From positions 1 to 44,224 of IMG/VR virus record IMGVR_UViG_3300050015_000082: a DNA stretch of 44,224 nucleotides; one strand, given 5' to 3'. Position numbers and translations under genes: made by a program. How positions within the stretch are numbered: position 1 is the first letter of the stretch; every line of letters starts with the position of its first letter. The notes beneath the pieces were generated by a model. That model ran no database searches. It had not been told where the DNA came from and saw only the letters and a list, made by a program, of their open reading frames with translations. Source of the stretch: a virus. Of the stretch, positions 24,801-33,171 are shown piece by piece.

Positions 24801-25377
24801 CTCTATGACGGCGGCGGCGAGTATAGCCATCGGCGGAAAGTACGACCCTACCGACATCAAGCATCTCGACCAGGTTTACCTCGGGACCGATAAGGACGGC
24901 AAGGAGATGTATGCCGACTGGTTCTTTGCGGGCGCTCCGAGGGATGCCATGACGCTGATGAAGAATGTCGCCAGTGAATCTCCTATCGGAGGCACGGCGC
25001 GGTTCGTAGTCGGCAAGGCTTCCCCACTACTCGGAATGGCGTTCGGTTTATCATCGAACAATGCCGGTGGAAAGCCAATCACTTCCGCAGATGATACCGT
25101 TGGGGAGAAGTTTGGCAAGCAGTCTGAGTATGTGGCCAGCAGGGTTCTTCCGATCAGCGGTGTAAGCGCATTCAAGACGGTGAGCGATGCGCTGACAGAC
25201 CCCGACCACGAATACACCTACCGCGACCTTCTGGAGCTTGCGGCGGATACGATTGGATCGCAGACGATTCACTACGGCGACGGGGACAACGGGGCGGCAC
25301 CGAAATCGAAATCGGTTCTTTCGGGAGAAAGCAAGAGCGGGACTCGAAAGACGAAGAGGTTTAGCATACTGAAATGA
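21793..25377 (+). CDS. Large internal core/ejection protein candidate (1194 aa)
   Basis: Position and size are analogous to T7 gp16. It has a Gly/Ala-rich hydrophobic segment near aa 140-260. No lysozyme motif was seen. Confidence 0.5.
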   Translation: MGIAAINIDPSTGERVQNVRIDPTTGERVQSAPTYDPSSIPTGSSDDAWKAAVRSRTIGVEPGYAYQNKDEIDKQLRERDPNYDNTELDPTIANDIKVGLEGSVFGLHDREKLPEELRNPGLIDRFVSGLAQTVADAPWMIAGGTAGGIAGAAAGSEVPIVGNVTVGAIGAGAGAFALPAAMREALVEGIKNGEVKDFSDLLRRSAKVLIEGGKGAITGAATELAGGIPVGSMVAKSALATTGVRSVYQAAALTTTADVLEGKIPTAGDFAGNAALIVPLNLITRGYSMSKGQARDALLDVYKKDGRTPQESKTILDAQPPVKPDLPPGLRPAIKVGDSFIEGDEGETHSELSERLGEKPVTMSELESDPSLASKVLSTPEIHEQDVIDAAWVTWDDALRNAHDPRLEDESNIGIEDQRLQASRGNLKSGRGFIDHESGKFLSRSEARRWMEKNEPDVHEMWLESQMGDKQAELHSEDYSSARSRVQNRNLAEGDETISNFSPQNAERLAAARKDLNEIKAGNSSKGYIKEVLRTLFSGQRDTRIVDTTQLRDILQKEIPDYKVQQALTYYRDYKGRPEALQAAIDRYDAGENEAQKALNESRRIAQNPSPELIEADRKYTQYMTEALEEKRQLGIGDSSIDPAKYVPHDLKRVEDEQSFGGGKKPMATSSARTMKRKYATLDEAVDAGEEKLEARSVNAIDLLSIYGDDHARLVATNLLSTELINTKLGEYGTRDDRPAGWVELDPRGRTFELRQGPVSRSLYVPKDVADAMKPLFEQGLKGTALAPLLKTQGYVKMLELGLSFFHMKALSITAFNNQSLTQFTKSLVSDTKSPEFASAEREWAADGLTTTKTSTPYEAYKGLNKSSIPTGLDKLANAPIIKQVDAAFKWTTKETFDVIQRKFKVEDASRKAAAWMAKHPDATTSELFSARRSIAKEVNAAYGGLNWDVLGAGKTVRDVSRLFLLAPDWTYSNVLNAKYAFEGGPAGDAARMFWMKSFATGISMTAAASIAIGGKYDPTDIKHLDQVYLGTDKDGKEMYADWFFAGAPRDAMTLMKNVASESPIGGTARFVVGKASPLLGMAFGLSSNNAGGKPITSADDTVGEKFGKQSEYVASRVLPISGVSAFKTVSDALTDPDHEYTYRDLLELAADTIGSQTIHYGDGDNGAAPKSKSVLSGESKSGTRKTKRFSILK

Positions 25378-25387
25378 GAGGAAATCG

Positions 25388-25828
25388 ATGAAGATTCAGA
25401 AAGAAATAATTGACGCGGCAACTCTGGCAGCATTCGACCTGGAGAACTTCGACGAAAATCATCGGATGGATGAGGGTGAATGGACGCTGATGCTCGGCAC
25501 GGGGCGTGTTTGCATTTACACGGCGCGAGACGAACAAGAAGGAATCGCAGCAATTCTTGCATTAAAGGCCCCAGCGATTGAGGTTGGATTGTGGTACTTT
25601 TACTCGGTCGCCGTGTCCGAAAAGTATCGCCGGATGAACCTTGGAACCAGGCTGTTCCATGAGGCCATTGACTCAGAAATAGCTACCGGAAAAATCAATT
25701 CCCATTGCCACGTAGATAACGAGGCGTCGATTGGATTCCACAAGTCTTTGGGATTCCATGCCGTTCAATATGTCCCTGATTTCTACGGAGACTATGAGGA
25801 TGCTATCATGTGGGAGCGGATGCGTTGA
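25388..25828 (+). CDS. GNAT-family acetyltransferase (146 aa)
   Basis: VAVSEKYRRMNLGTRLFHEAI (a degenerate motif A) and NEASIGFHKSLGFHAV. RBS is GAGAGGAAATCG. Confidence 0.6.
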   Translation: MKIQKEIIDAATLAAFDLENFDENHRMDEGEWTLMLGTGRVCIYTARDEQEGIAAILALKAPAIEVGLWYFYSVAVSEKYRRMNLGTRLFHEAIDSEIATGKINSHCHVDNEASIGFHKSLGFHAVQYVPDFYGDYEDAIMWERMR

Positions 25829-25910
25829 GATCAATCTATCTGAATTCGTGGGCACACGCTTGGGACTGCATAAGCGAGGAACTTGGGCTGGATAACTGGA
25901 TGGCGAGTTG

Positions 25911-27170
25911 ATGGCAGAATCCTACAAGTCGAAGAGCGTGGCGGTAGTAGATAACGGATGTTACCCGGAACTGGCATCCAAGCTGAGCGAGAGCTTCGGC
26001 AAGGTTTACTATACCTCGCCCTGGGTAGCAGACTACCCCTCTTCGTACAAGACAGAACTGGCGAAGGGCTTCCCCGACTTTGAGCAGGTCAAGGACATCT
26101 GGGACATCGTTGACGATGTGGACCTGTTCGTGTTTCCAGATCAGCACCAGGGGCCGTTGCAGAACTACCTACAGAGGCAAGGGAAGCGCGTGTGGGGTTC
26201 CCGCGATGGAGACGAACTAGAACTGTACCGTGAGGAGGCCAGAGAATTCTTTGACAGCCTTGGGATCGTTCAGCCTCCCTATGAAGTGGTCCAGGGCATG
26301 ACCGCCCTACGAAAGTACATCAAGAGTCGTGACAAGGAAAAACTATGGGTGAAGATCAGCCGAACGAGGGGCGACACAGAGACTTTCTCGGTTGAGGGAT
26401 ACGAACTGAGCAAGGGGCACCTTGACGAGTTGGAAGCAGGGCTTGGTCCGCTTGCAGAATATAGGCCGTTCATTGTCGAGGAGAACCAGCCGGACACCTT
26501 CGACCTTGCCATTGACACGTACTGTATAGATGGTCAGTTTCCCTCCAAGAGCTTGCTTGGGAATGAGCAGAAGGACCAGGGATACATAGGAGTAGTCAAG
26601 GACTGGAAGCAGTTTCCGAAGCAGATGCGCGAGAACTATGAGAAGCTGAGTCCGGCACTCAAGGAATATGGATACAGGAACTTCTTTGCCATGGAGCATC
26701 GAACAGGCAAGCAAGGAATGTTCTTGAGCGACCCGTGCCTACGTGTGGGATCTCCCATCTTCGAGCTTGAAATGGAGATGATTGGAAACTTTGCAGAGAT
26801 TCTGTGGGAGGGCGCAGATGGAAAGCTCATCGAGCCAGAGTACCGCGCAAAGTACGGATACGAGATTTTCGTGCAAAGCGAATGGGTTGATGAACATCCC
26901 CTGCTAGTTAGCTTTCCAGACAAGTACCGGGATCAGATCAAGTTCCGCTACTCCGCTCAATTCCCCGATGGTCTATGGGTATTGCCTCAGAAGGCTGGAC
27001 CGATCTTTGGTGCAATCGTTGCCTACGGAGACAGCATAGACGACTGTGTAGGCCAGGCCGAAGATATCGCCGGTCAGATCAAGGGGCAGAATGTCGAATC
27101 GTTCACAGGTAGCGCAGAGGCGTTGAAGAAGAATCTGGAAGAGATGGAAGCATTTGGCGTAAAATTCTGA
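25911..27170 (+). CDS. ATP-grasp fold enzyme (PurD/RimK-like ligase architecture, 419 aa)
   Basis: LWVKISRTRGDTETFSV is a Lys/Gly-loop-like segment. FIVEENQPDTFDLAIDTYCIDG and GYRNFFAMEHRTGKQGMFLSDPCLRVGSP are metal/ATP-site-like segments, and all three occur in the order expected for an ATP-grasp fold. Confidence 0.6.
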   Translation: MAESYKSKSVAVVDNGCYPELASKLSESFGKVYYTSPWVADYPSSYKTELAKGFPDFEQVKDIWDIVDDVDLFVFPDQHQGPLQNYLQRQGKRVWGSRDGDELELYREEAREFFDSLGIVQPPYEVVQGMTALRKYIKSRDKEKLWVKISRTRGDTETFSVEGYELSKGHLDELEAGLGPLAEYRPFIVEENQPDTFDLAIDTYCIDGQFPSKSLLGNEQKDQGYIGVVKDWKQFPKQMRENYEKLSPALKEYGYRNFFAMEHRTGKQGMFLSDPCLRVGSPIFELEMEMIGNFAEILWEGADGKLIEPEYRAKYGYEIFVQSEWVDEHPLLVSFPDKYRDQIKFRYSAQFPDGLWVLPQKAGPIFGAIVAYGDSIDDCVGQAEDIAGQIKGQNVESFTGSAEALKKNLEEMEAFGVKF

Positions 27171-27183
27171 TTAGGAGAAGTCT

Positions 27184-27540
27184 ATGAAAAACAAATGGTT
27201 TCTAGGAGCGCTCTCGGTAGCGATTCTGACGATGGCAGTAGTCGTTATCCTGCCGCCAGCTAATGTTCATGGTCAGGCAATCGGATACACGGCAACTGGC
27301 CAGCAGGCCGTAATTGCAACCGCTACGGTAGTGAGTGGAATAAGCTACGGAACGGTGTGCATCAAGGCATTGAGCACAAACAGCATCAGCGTGTTCGTTG
27401 GCGGGCCGGGAGTAACGACTTCCACAGGCTTCGAGCTTACGGCAACTCAAGTTCCATATTGCGCTACCGTAAACAAGCTACCGTTTTATGTCATAGCCTC
27501 AACAACCGGAGCTTCTGTTTCTTGGATTGAAAATCGATAG
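27184..27540 (+). CDS. Small protein with an N-terminal signal/anchor sequence (118 aa)
   Basis: N-terminus MKNKWFLGALSVAILTMAVVVILPPANVHGQ. RBS is AGGAGAAGTCT. Confidence 0.6.
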   Translation: MKNKWFLGALSVAILTMAVVVILPPANVHGQAIGYTATGQQAVIATATVVSGISYGTVCIKALSTNSISVFVGGPGVTTSTGFELTATQVPYCATVNKLPFYVIASTTGASVSWIENR

Positions 27541-27549
27541 GAGTCGCGT

Positions 27550-30500
27550 ATGAAACGTATAGCCGTCTTTCTTTTAGCTCTTCTCCCGGTCGCGGCACAT
27601 GCCACTGTGACTACGCAAGCCATCAGCGTATCTTTTACCTGCACCGGGAGTACGGGACCCTATCCATTTGGGTTTCCAATCAGCACCGCAGCGGCTTTGA
27701 CTGTAACGCAGAACGGAGCAGTTCTGGCGTCTACGGCCTATACGATTTCTCCAGTGAATAACGATTATACAAATGGCGGGAGCGTTACGCTTAACACGGC
27801 GTGTGCTTCTGGTGGGAACCTTCTGCTTCTAAAAAGGCAAACTCCACTGACTCAAACCAGTGTATTCACAGACAACATGCCAGTGCCGATGAAGAGCTTC
27901 GAGCGTGGCTTGGACAAGTTGACGGAAATCGCACAAGAGCAAAATGCTGCAATTGGCAATGTTGTGCCATGGCCTACGACGGCGGGGATTCCTTACTGGG
28001 CAAGCGGCCTATCGTGGGCGGGCGCGTACAACGCGAGCAATCCGATACCGGCAAATTACTTGCCATCAATTGCTAGTTTAGGAGGAGTCGCCAACAACGC
28101 TCCCGCTCTCGCTGCCCCGACATTGTGCATCGACACATCTTTCAACGGCGCATCCTATGCATGTTCAACTACACCTACCTTCACTCCTGTCAACGGGACT
28201 CGAATCATGTTCATTCCGAGCGTTGATTCACTTTTGAACGCGACCGTATCAGTGAATTCAGGTAGACCCGCGTCGATCATGACCCCGACCTTTGGCGGGG
28301 GCACTACTATCCTCGCTGATCAACTTATCGACGGCCAAGTGGTATCGCTCGTGTACAGGACGAGTTTAGGGGGATGGTGGCAAATCGACGGAGGGGATGG
28401 GACCAGGCAGGTGAACGAGGGCGGCACAGGCGCGACCACAGCAGCAGGGGCGCTGGCGAACCTTGGCGCGGCAGGAACAGATCTTGCCAACACCTTTACG
28501 CTGTCGCAGGCGTTCAATCACCCATTGGACTCTACCGGGAACACGTTCTTTCAGTGCGGGTTGACAACTCCTCAATTCTGCCAGCTAACGTTTCAAGACT
28601 ATGCTGGAGGTTATGTTGGATACGTAGCCGCCTATGGAAGTGGTGCCACAAGCCAAATTGGATTGACCACCGGTGCAGGTGGGATGGTTATCGATCATCT
28701 AGGCAAAGGGACATTCGCGCAAGGACTCTCTACATCGTCTTTTGCTCTCAACGGTGGCACATCCATGACCGGCAACCAGGGGACCGGCGCATACGTGCAG
28801 CACTCGGACGGGACGGGAACCAACTCACTAGCGGCGTTCAATGCAGACGGGAGTACGAAGGATAGCGGCATCACCGTAACCGGCTCCGGTTCATCGCAGG
28901 TGGTCACGGCGCCGGGAAGTTTCGCGGCACCCACTGTGGTGCTTAGCGGCGCGACTGGAACACAGTGTCTGCATGAAGTCTCTGGGTCAATCCTGCCCAC
29001 TGGAAGCGATTGCGGGTCAGGCGGCGGCGGTGGATTGCCAACGGGTTGGGTTGATCCTGTGACCAGCTACAACGCGGCGGGTGTAGCAACGACAACGACC
29101 GGCACTATCTCGGCCTCGTCTAACAGTTTGGTTGTGGCATCCTCAACCGGATGGACCGCAGGCATGGGAATTGCGGTGTCGGGGTCTGGAGCAAAAGGGG
29201 GTGTCTACGCGTTCACTGTGACTGCACCGGGATCGTACACGGTCTGCCCGACAGCCTTCAGCTTCACGGGCGGCGGCGGTGCCAGCGCGGCGGGAACTCC
29301 AACGTGTCACTGGACACCTTCCACGGGCGTCTACACGGTGACTGGCGGCATAATTACGAATGTCGGCAGCGGCTACACTACCGCCCCGACCATAGGATTC
29401 ACCGGAGGCACCGGAAGCGGTGCGGCTGCTACAGCGATCATCACGTCTGAGTTAGTCACCACTGTTTCCGTAATCAGCGGGACTACATTTACTTTGGCGG
29501 CGAATGCCTCAACCGCGGTGAGCGGTGCAACCATCCAGCACGACGATACAGCGGCCCTGAACGCGGCGAACGCCTCAGGATACAACGTCTATTGGAGGCC
29601 CGGAACCTACAATGTCACCGGCCCGATCAACGTCAGTTCGGTGTTTAAGTTGCTTGGTGCGGGCGGCCAGACGACCATCAACAACCGTGGCAGAACCAAC
29701 AACGTGATCAATGTTACCTACTCGGTTTATTCCACGAGCGGTGTAGCCTTGCCACCGGGGCCGGAGATAAGCGGGTTCCAGATTGTGCAAGACCCGAGCA
29801 TCACGCCGGTCTCGGGGTGCGGGCTGCAATGGGGATCGGGCGCCATAAACCCCTATACAGAAGGGGTGCGCATGCGCGACATTGGCATGACCAATACCTG
29901 GGCCGGACTCTGTGCCATCGACGGCACCGCACTTAATTTTCTGCACGATATCAGGGTGCAGAACACGGTCAGCGGTTGGGGGATTTACTACAACTCAAGG
30001 TCTCCAGGCGGTGACAATAACTTTGACGGCGTGTCGCTGTGGCTGAATGCCGGACTCTACATCATCAACGGTGCCACTAACCCGTACACCAACCTGAAAA
30101 CCAACACGGGGGGCATGACCACTCCGGTCATCTTCGGGTCTGGAATAATCATGGATCAGCGATTTGATAATCCGTCACTTGACGGTCTGACAACCACCGG
30201 ATGTTCGATGGACTTTACGGCAGCAAATATTAACACGGTAACCATCACTTCGGGAGACTGGGGAGGCGCCACAGCTTTCTGTGCTCCGCAGAATGTGGGC
30301 AGTTTAACAGCGACTGGCTTTCTGAATTCCAGCTCTATAGGTCGTTTTGCAATCAATCAAATGCCGAATCTGACTATCTACAGTGCTGTCCCCGGCACCG
30401 GAATCACTCTCACGAACGGGACGCATACCGGCGCACAGCTATTTGCGAGTGGCTCTCTGGCTGACACCGGGATTCTCGTTTTAGCGACCGGAGGAACAAA

Positions 30501-30951
30501 CACCATACATCTGTCGGGAGCATCTAGCGATGCTAGTTGGTTCAACAACGGCGGGTGTGTGGCGATAGGGGGGACGACGTGCGCTCTCGGTGCGCTTGAA
30601 GTGTACGGCACTGTTGCAACCTACGCCGAGAGCGGCAACTCTCCGACCATCAGTTCTTTTTCTGGAACCAAATATGCTCAGTTTTACTACAACAGCCCCA
30701 GCGATGCGATGTTAGTTCAACTGGTGGGGTCTGCGACAGGTGGCGTAAAGATACAGAACTATACCTCTGGTGCTTATATCAACCTGCTCAGCACCAACTA
30801 CTTTGGCATCGGGAAAACGCCATCCTACTACCTCGACGTGAACGGGGATGTGAACACTGGCGGCGTCTTCCGGACCGGCGGAACTGCTGGCGTGACGAAG
30901 ACTTGTACAACCTACCCGACAGTAGCCGGGGGAATTGTGACGGGATGCTGA
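27550..30951 (+). CDS. Tailspike-like beta-helix protein with a Sec-type N-terminal signal-like sequence (1133 aa)
   Basis: N-terminus MKRIAVFLLALLPVAAHATV. A pectate-lyase-type start motif, QHDDTAALNAANASGYNVYWRPGTYNVTGPI, lies at about 29533..29620. It occupies the position of T7 gp17. Confidence 0.6.
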   Translation: MKRIAVFLLALLPVAAHATVTTQAISVSFTCTGSTGPYPFGFPISTAAALTVTQNGAVLASTAYTISPVNNDYTNGGSVTLNTACASGGNLLLLKRQTPLTQTSVFTDNMPVPMKSFERGLDKLTEIAQEQNAAIGNVVPWPTTAGIPYWASGLSWAGAYNASNPIPANYLPSIASLGGVANNAPALAAPTLCIDTSFNGASYACSTTPTFTPVNGTRIMFIPSVDSLLNATVSVNSGRPASIMTPTFGGGTTILADQLIDGQVVSLVYRTSLGGWWQIDGGDGTRQVNEGGTGATTAAGALANLGAAGTDLANTFTLSQAFNHPLDSTGNTFFQCGLTTPQFCQLTFQDYAGGYVGYVAAYGSGATSQIGLTTGAGGMVIDHLGKGTFAQGLSTSSFALNGGTSMTGNQGTGAYVQHSDGTGTNSLAAFNADGSTKDSGITVTGSGSSQVVTAPGSFAAPTVVLSGATGTQCLHEVSGSILPTGSDCGSGGGGGLPTGWVDPVTSYNAAGVATTTTGTISASSNSLVVASSTGWTAGMGIAVSGSGAKGGVYAFTVTAPGSYTVCPTAFSFTGGGGASAAGTPTCHWTPSTGVYTVTGGIITNVGSGYTTAPTIGFTGGTGSGAAATAIITSELVTTVSVISGTTFTLAANASTAVSGATIQHDDTAALNAANASGYNVYWRPGTYNVTGPINVSSVFKLLGAGGQTTINNRGRTNNVINVTYSVYSTSGVALPPGPEISGFQIVQDPSITPVSGCGLQWGSGAINPYTEGVRMRDIGMTNTWAGLCAIDGTALNFLHDIRVQNTVSGWGIYYNSRSPGGDNNFDGVSLWLNAGLYIINGATNPYTNLKTNTGGMTTPVIFGSGIIMDQRFDNPSLDGLTTTGCSMDFTAANINTVTITSGDWGGATAFCAPQNVGSLTATGFLNSSSIGRFAINQMPNLTIYSAVPGTGITLTNGTHTGAQLFASGSLADTGILVLATGGTNTIHLSGASSDASWFNNGGCVAIGGTTCALGALEVYGTVATYAESGNSPTISSFSGTKYAQFYYNSPSDAMLVQLVGSATGGVKIQNYTSGAYINLLSTNYFGIGKTPSYYLDVNGDVNTGGVFRTGGTAGVTKTCTTYPTVAGGIVTGC

Positions 30952-30952
30952 A

Positions 30953-31240
30953 ATGAGAAAGACGATTTTGATTATGATGCTGCTTTGTTCCTTCGTGGCT
31001 CTAGCGCAGGACAAGCCCCTCCCACCAGCGCCGAACCCCGCTCCCCAACTCACAGCCACCGAGAAACTGGCGGTGGCTCAGCTTGCACAGGAATTGAAGG
31101 CCGCGCAGGACGCGCAACAGAAGTTCGCCAAGGATTTGCAGGACGTCCAGGATGATTTCAAAAAGGCGCATCCGGGATGGAAGTTCGATCCTGAGAAGGG
31201 CGTTATCCCGTGGACGCTTCCCACAGAGCCGAAGAAGTAA
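30953..31240 (+). CDS. Small secreted coiled-coil protein (95 aa)
   Basis: Signal-like N-terminus MRKTILIMMLLCSFVALAQD. Confidence 0.55.
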   Translation: MRKTILIMMLLCSFVALAQDKPLPPAPNPAPQLTATEKLAVAQLAQELKAAQDAQQKFAKDLQDVQDDFKKAHPGWKFDPEKGVIPWTLPTEPKK

Positions 31241-31334
31241 CGCAGCTGAATAGGCGCTACGGTGCCTGAGCAGGACCCGTCAAATTTCAGTAATCGAGCG
31301 GCGGAGTTGTAGAGTACGAGGGCCAGGAGATGAG

Positions 31335-31826
31335 ATGCAACGCCAGAACGAGCAAGGCCAGATGTGCCAAGTACCATGTAGAAAAGTGCAGGAGGTAAGC
31401 GAGAAGATGGCTGCTATGGTTCCCAAACTCGACGCTGCGCTAGAAGGCGTTGCCAACTTCAAAGCGTTTCAGCGAGACGCCCGCGACTTCTTCACTGAGC
31501 ACCGCGTTCTCGCAACAGCGGAAGAAAGCCAGCGCAATAAGCGTGATCAGGAAATCAAGGACGCGCTCGCTGCGCACTATGCGCAAATCAATCAGGACAA
31601 CGAATTATTGAGCAATAGAATCGCCAAGCGCAACCTATTCGTAGGTGTCGCGTCATTCTTCGCGTCTCTTGCCATGATCGCTCTGGCAATAGCGGCCATT
31701 GTGGTTTCGGTATGGGTCAGCCACCACGCAATGAACAATCCAGGGGAAATTCTCCATTACTTTCATACTGCGCAGCGGTATACTGCTCAAAGGGAATCTC
31801 CCCCACAGTTCGCAACAAAGGAGTAA
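31335..31826 (+). CDS. Membrane protein with a C-proximal TM segment (163 aa; alternative start 31407)
   Basis: TM segment LFVGVASFFASLAMIALAIAAIVVSVWV. AGGAG precedes ATG 31335. Confidence 0.5.
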   Translation: MQRQNEQGQMCQVPCRKVQEVSEKMAAMVPKLDAALEGVANFKAFQRDARDFFTEHRVLATAEESQRNKRDQEIKDALAAHYAQINQDNELLSNRIAKRNLFVGVASFFASLAMIALAIAAIVVSVWVSHHAMNNPGEILHYFHTAQRYTAQRESPPQFATKE

Positions 31827-31829
31827 TCT

Positions 31830-32015
31830 ATGTCACAACCTCCAATCGGACCAGGAACACCACCTCCGGGCGGCCCACCAGTACCCTGCGTAGAAGCGCC
31901 TCTACCCACCACGCTCGAAAGCGCCGTAGCTGAAGTGAAGCGCCTACGCGTACTTCAGGCTGAGTCGGATGACCTGATCGCGTTGATGCGCGTACAACTG
32001 AAAGGGAAAGTGTAA
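31830..32015 (+). CDS. Pro-rich small protein (61 aa)
   Basis: Strong RBS (AAAGGAGTAATCT). Confidence 0.5.
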   Translation: MSQPPIGPGTPPPGGPPVPCVEAPLPTTLESAVAEVKRLRVLQAESDDLIALMRVQLKGKV

Positions 32016-32332
32016 TGAACAATTTCATCGCATGGGTTCGCAGTAAGAGCAAAACCACCCACGCAATCGGGCTAGCCATTGCCGGTTTCGCGGTCACCTA
32101 TGACTCTTCGCCGCAACTTCAGAACTACATCGGGACGCTGTTCACTGGCTACCCGGTTATCGTCACCCACCTGGGAATCCTCTGTGCCAACATCGCAGCC
32201 GGGCTGACGATCTGGCGCAATTATTCTCACGGCTTGAGCGATGCTGGCGCAGTAGCCTACGGCAAAGCCATCCTCAACAAACCAGACGCTCCGACGCCGA
32301 CGCAAGTCGAAGCGGCCACAACCACCAAGTGA
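32015..32332 (+). CDS. Holin candidate (105 aa, 2-3 TM segments)
   Basis: Hydrophobic segments AIGLAIAGFAV and YPVIVTHLGILCANIAAGLTIW. It sits in the lysis-like cluster. Confidence 0.4.
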   Translation: MNNFIAWVRSKSKTTHAIGLAIAGFAVTYDSSPQLQNYIGTLFTGYPVIVTHLGILCANIAAGLTIWRNYSHGLSDAGAVAYGKAILNKPDAPTPTQVEAATTTK

Positions 32333-32343
32333 AAGAAGGTTCT

Positions 32344-32766
32344 ATGCAACGATTCTTTTCTGTACTAGCGGCCTCCGCGCTGGCTTTAGGGCTGGCAACC
32401 GGATGCGCCAACAAGACAGCGCCCCTACCCACGAATGCTATCAACGCCACAGACGCGGGCCTGAATGCCAACCTCCAGTTTGCCCACGCCTTCCTCGCAA
32501 AGTACCAGCAGGACGTAGTAGCGGGCATCCATGTTCCCACCGCCGATGAGAAGACGGTGATGAACAAGGCCATCAACTCTCTCAACTTTGCCGACACCCT
32601 CTACTGTGGGGCGTCCGCCGTGGGCCAGACGTGCGCTCAAGGGAGCTACCACGCCCTGCTCCTGCTCAACCCCTCAGCAGGGGAGCCGCAGCAGCTTATA
32701 GACGCTCTGGCGGCGGTTACGGCCAACCTTAACGCGCTTCAGGCGCTGATCGGACAGGTGAAATAG
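32344..32766 (+). CDS. Lipoprotein (140 aa), o-spanin-like by position
   Basis: N-terminus MQRFFSVLAASALALGLATGC carries a lipobox (LATG|C). Confidence 0.55.
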   Translation: MQRFFSVLAASALALGLATGCANKTAPLPTNAINATDAGLNANLQFAHAFLAKYQQDVVAGIHVPTADEKTVMNKAINSLNFADTLYCGASAVGQTCAQGSYHALLLLNPSAGEPQQLIDALAAVTANLNALQALIGQVK

Positions 32767-32768
32767 CC

Positions 32769-33107
32769 ATGCTTTTGATGACCATCCTCTCGCTTATCGG
32801 CACCTTGCTCCCGACAGTTCTGAAATACACAGGACTGTCAGCCAACATCGACAACCTGATTGCGGCGGCTGTTGCGGCTATTGGCCCCATCGTGACGGCC
32901 ATCCAAGCCAAGCAGCCCGTCTCAGACACCATCCTGACCGTGCTCGAAGACACTTTGGCGGTCCTGGCATCCGATACCAGCCTTGACCCGGTAATTTCGG
33001 CAGATATCGCTGAAGGCGTGCGTGACCTGTCGGCCGGCATCGCCGCTTACAAGGCCGCTCAGATCAATACCGACCCGTCTACTCTGACGCCGATCCCAAC
33101 GGTGTAG
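32769..33107 (+). CDS. Membrane-associated protein (112 aa)
   Basis: Hydrophobic N-terminus MLLMTILSLIGTLLPTVL. RBS is AGGTGA. Confidence 0.5.
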   Translation: MLLMTILSLIGTLLPTVLKYTGLSANIDNLIAAAVAAIGPIVTAIQAKQPVSDTILTVLEDTLAVLASDTSLDPVISADIAEGVRDLSAGIAAYKAAQINTDPSTLTPIPTV

Positions 33108-33171
33108 TTTCCTCCTGAAGCATTGCACGACTGGGCCTGCCGTGGGGTGGGCCACTCTTTTGAGGTAATCG

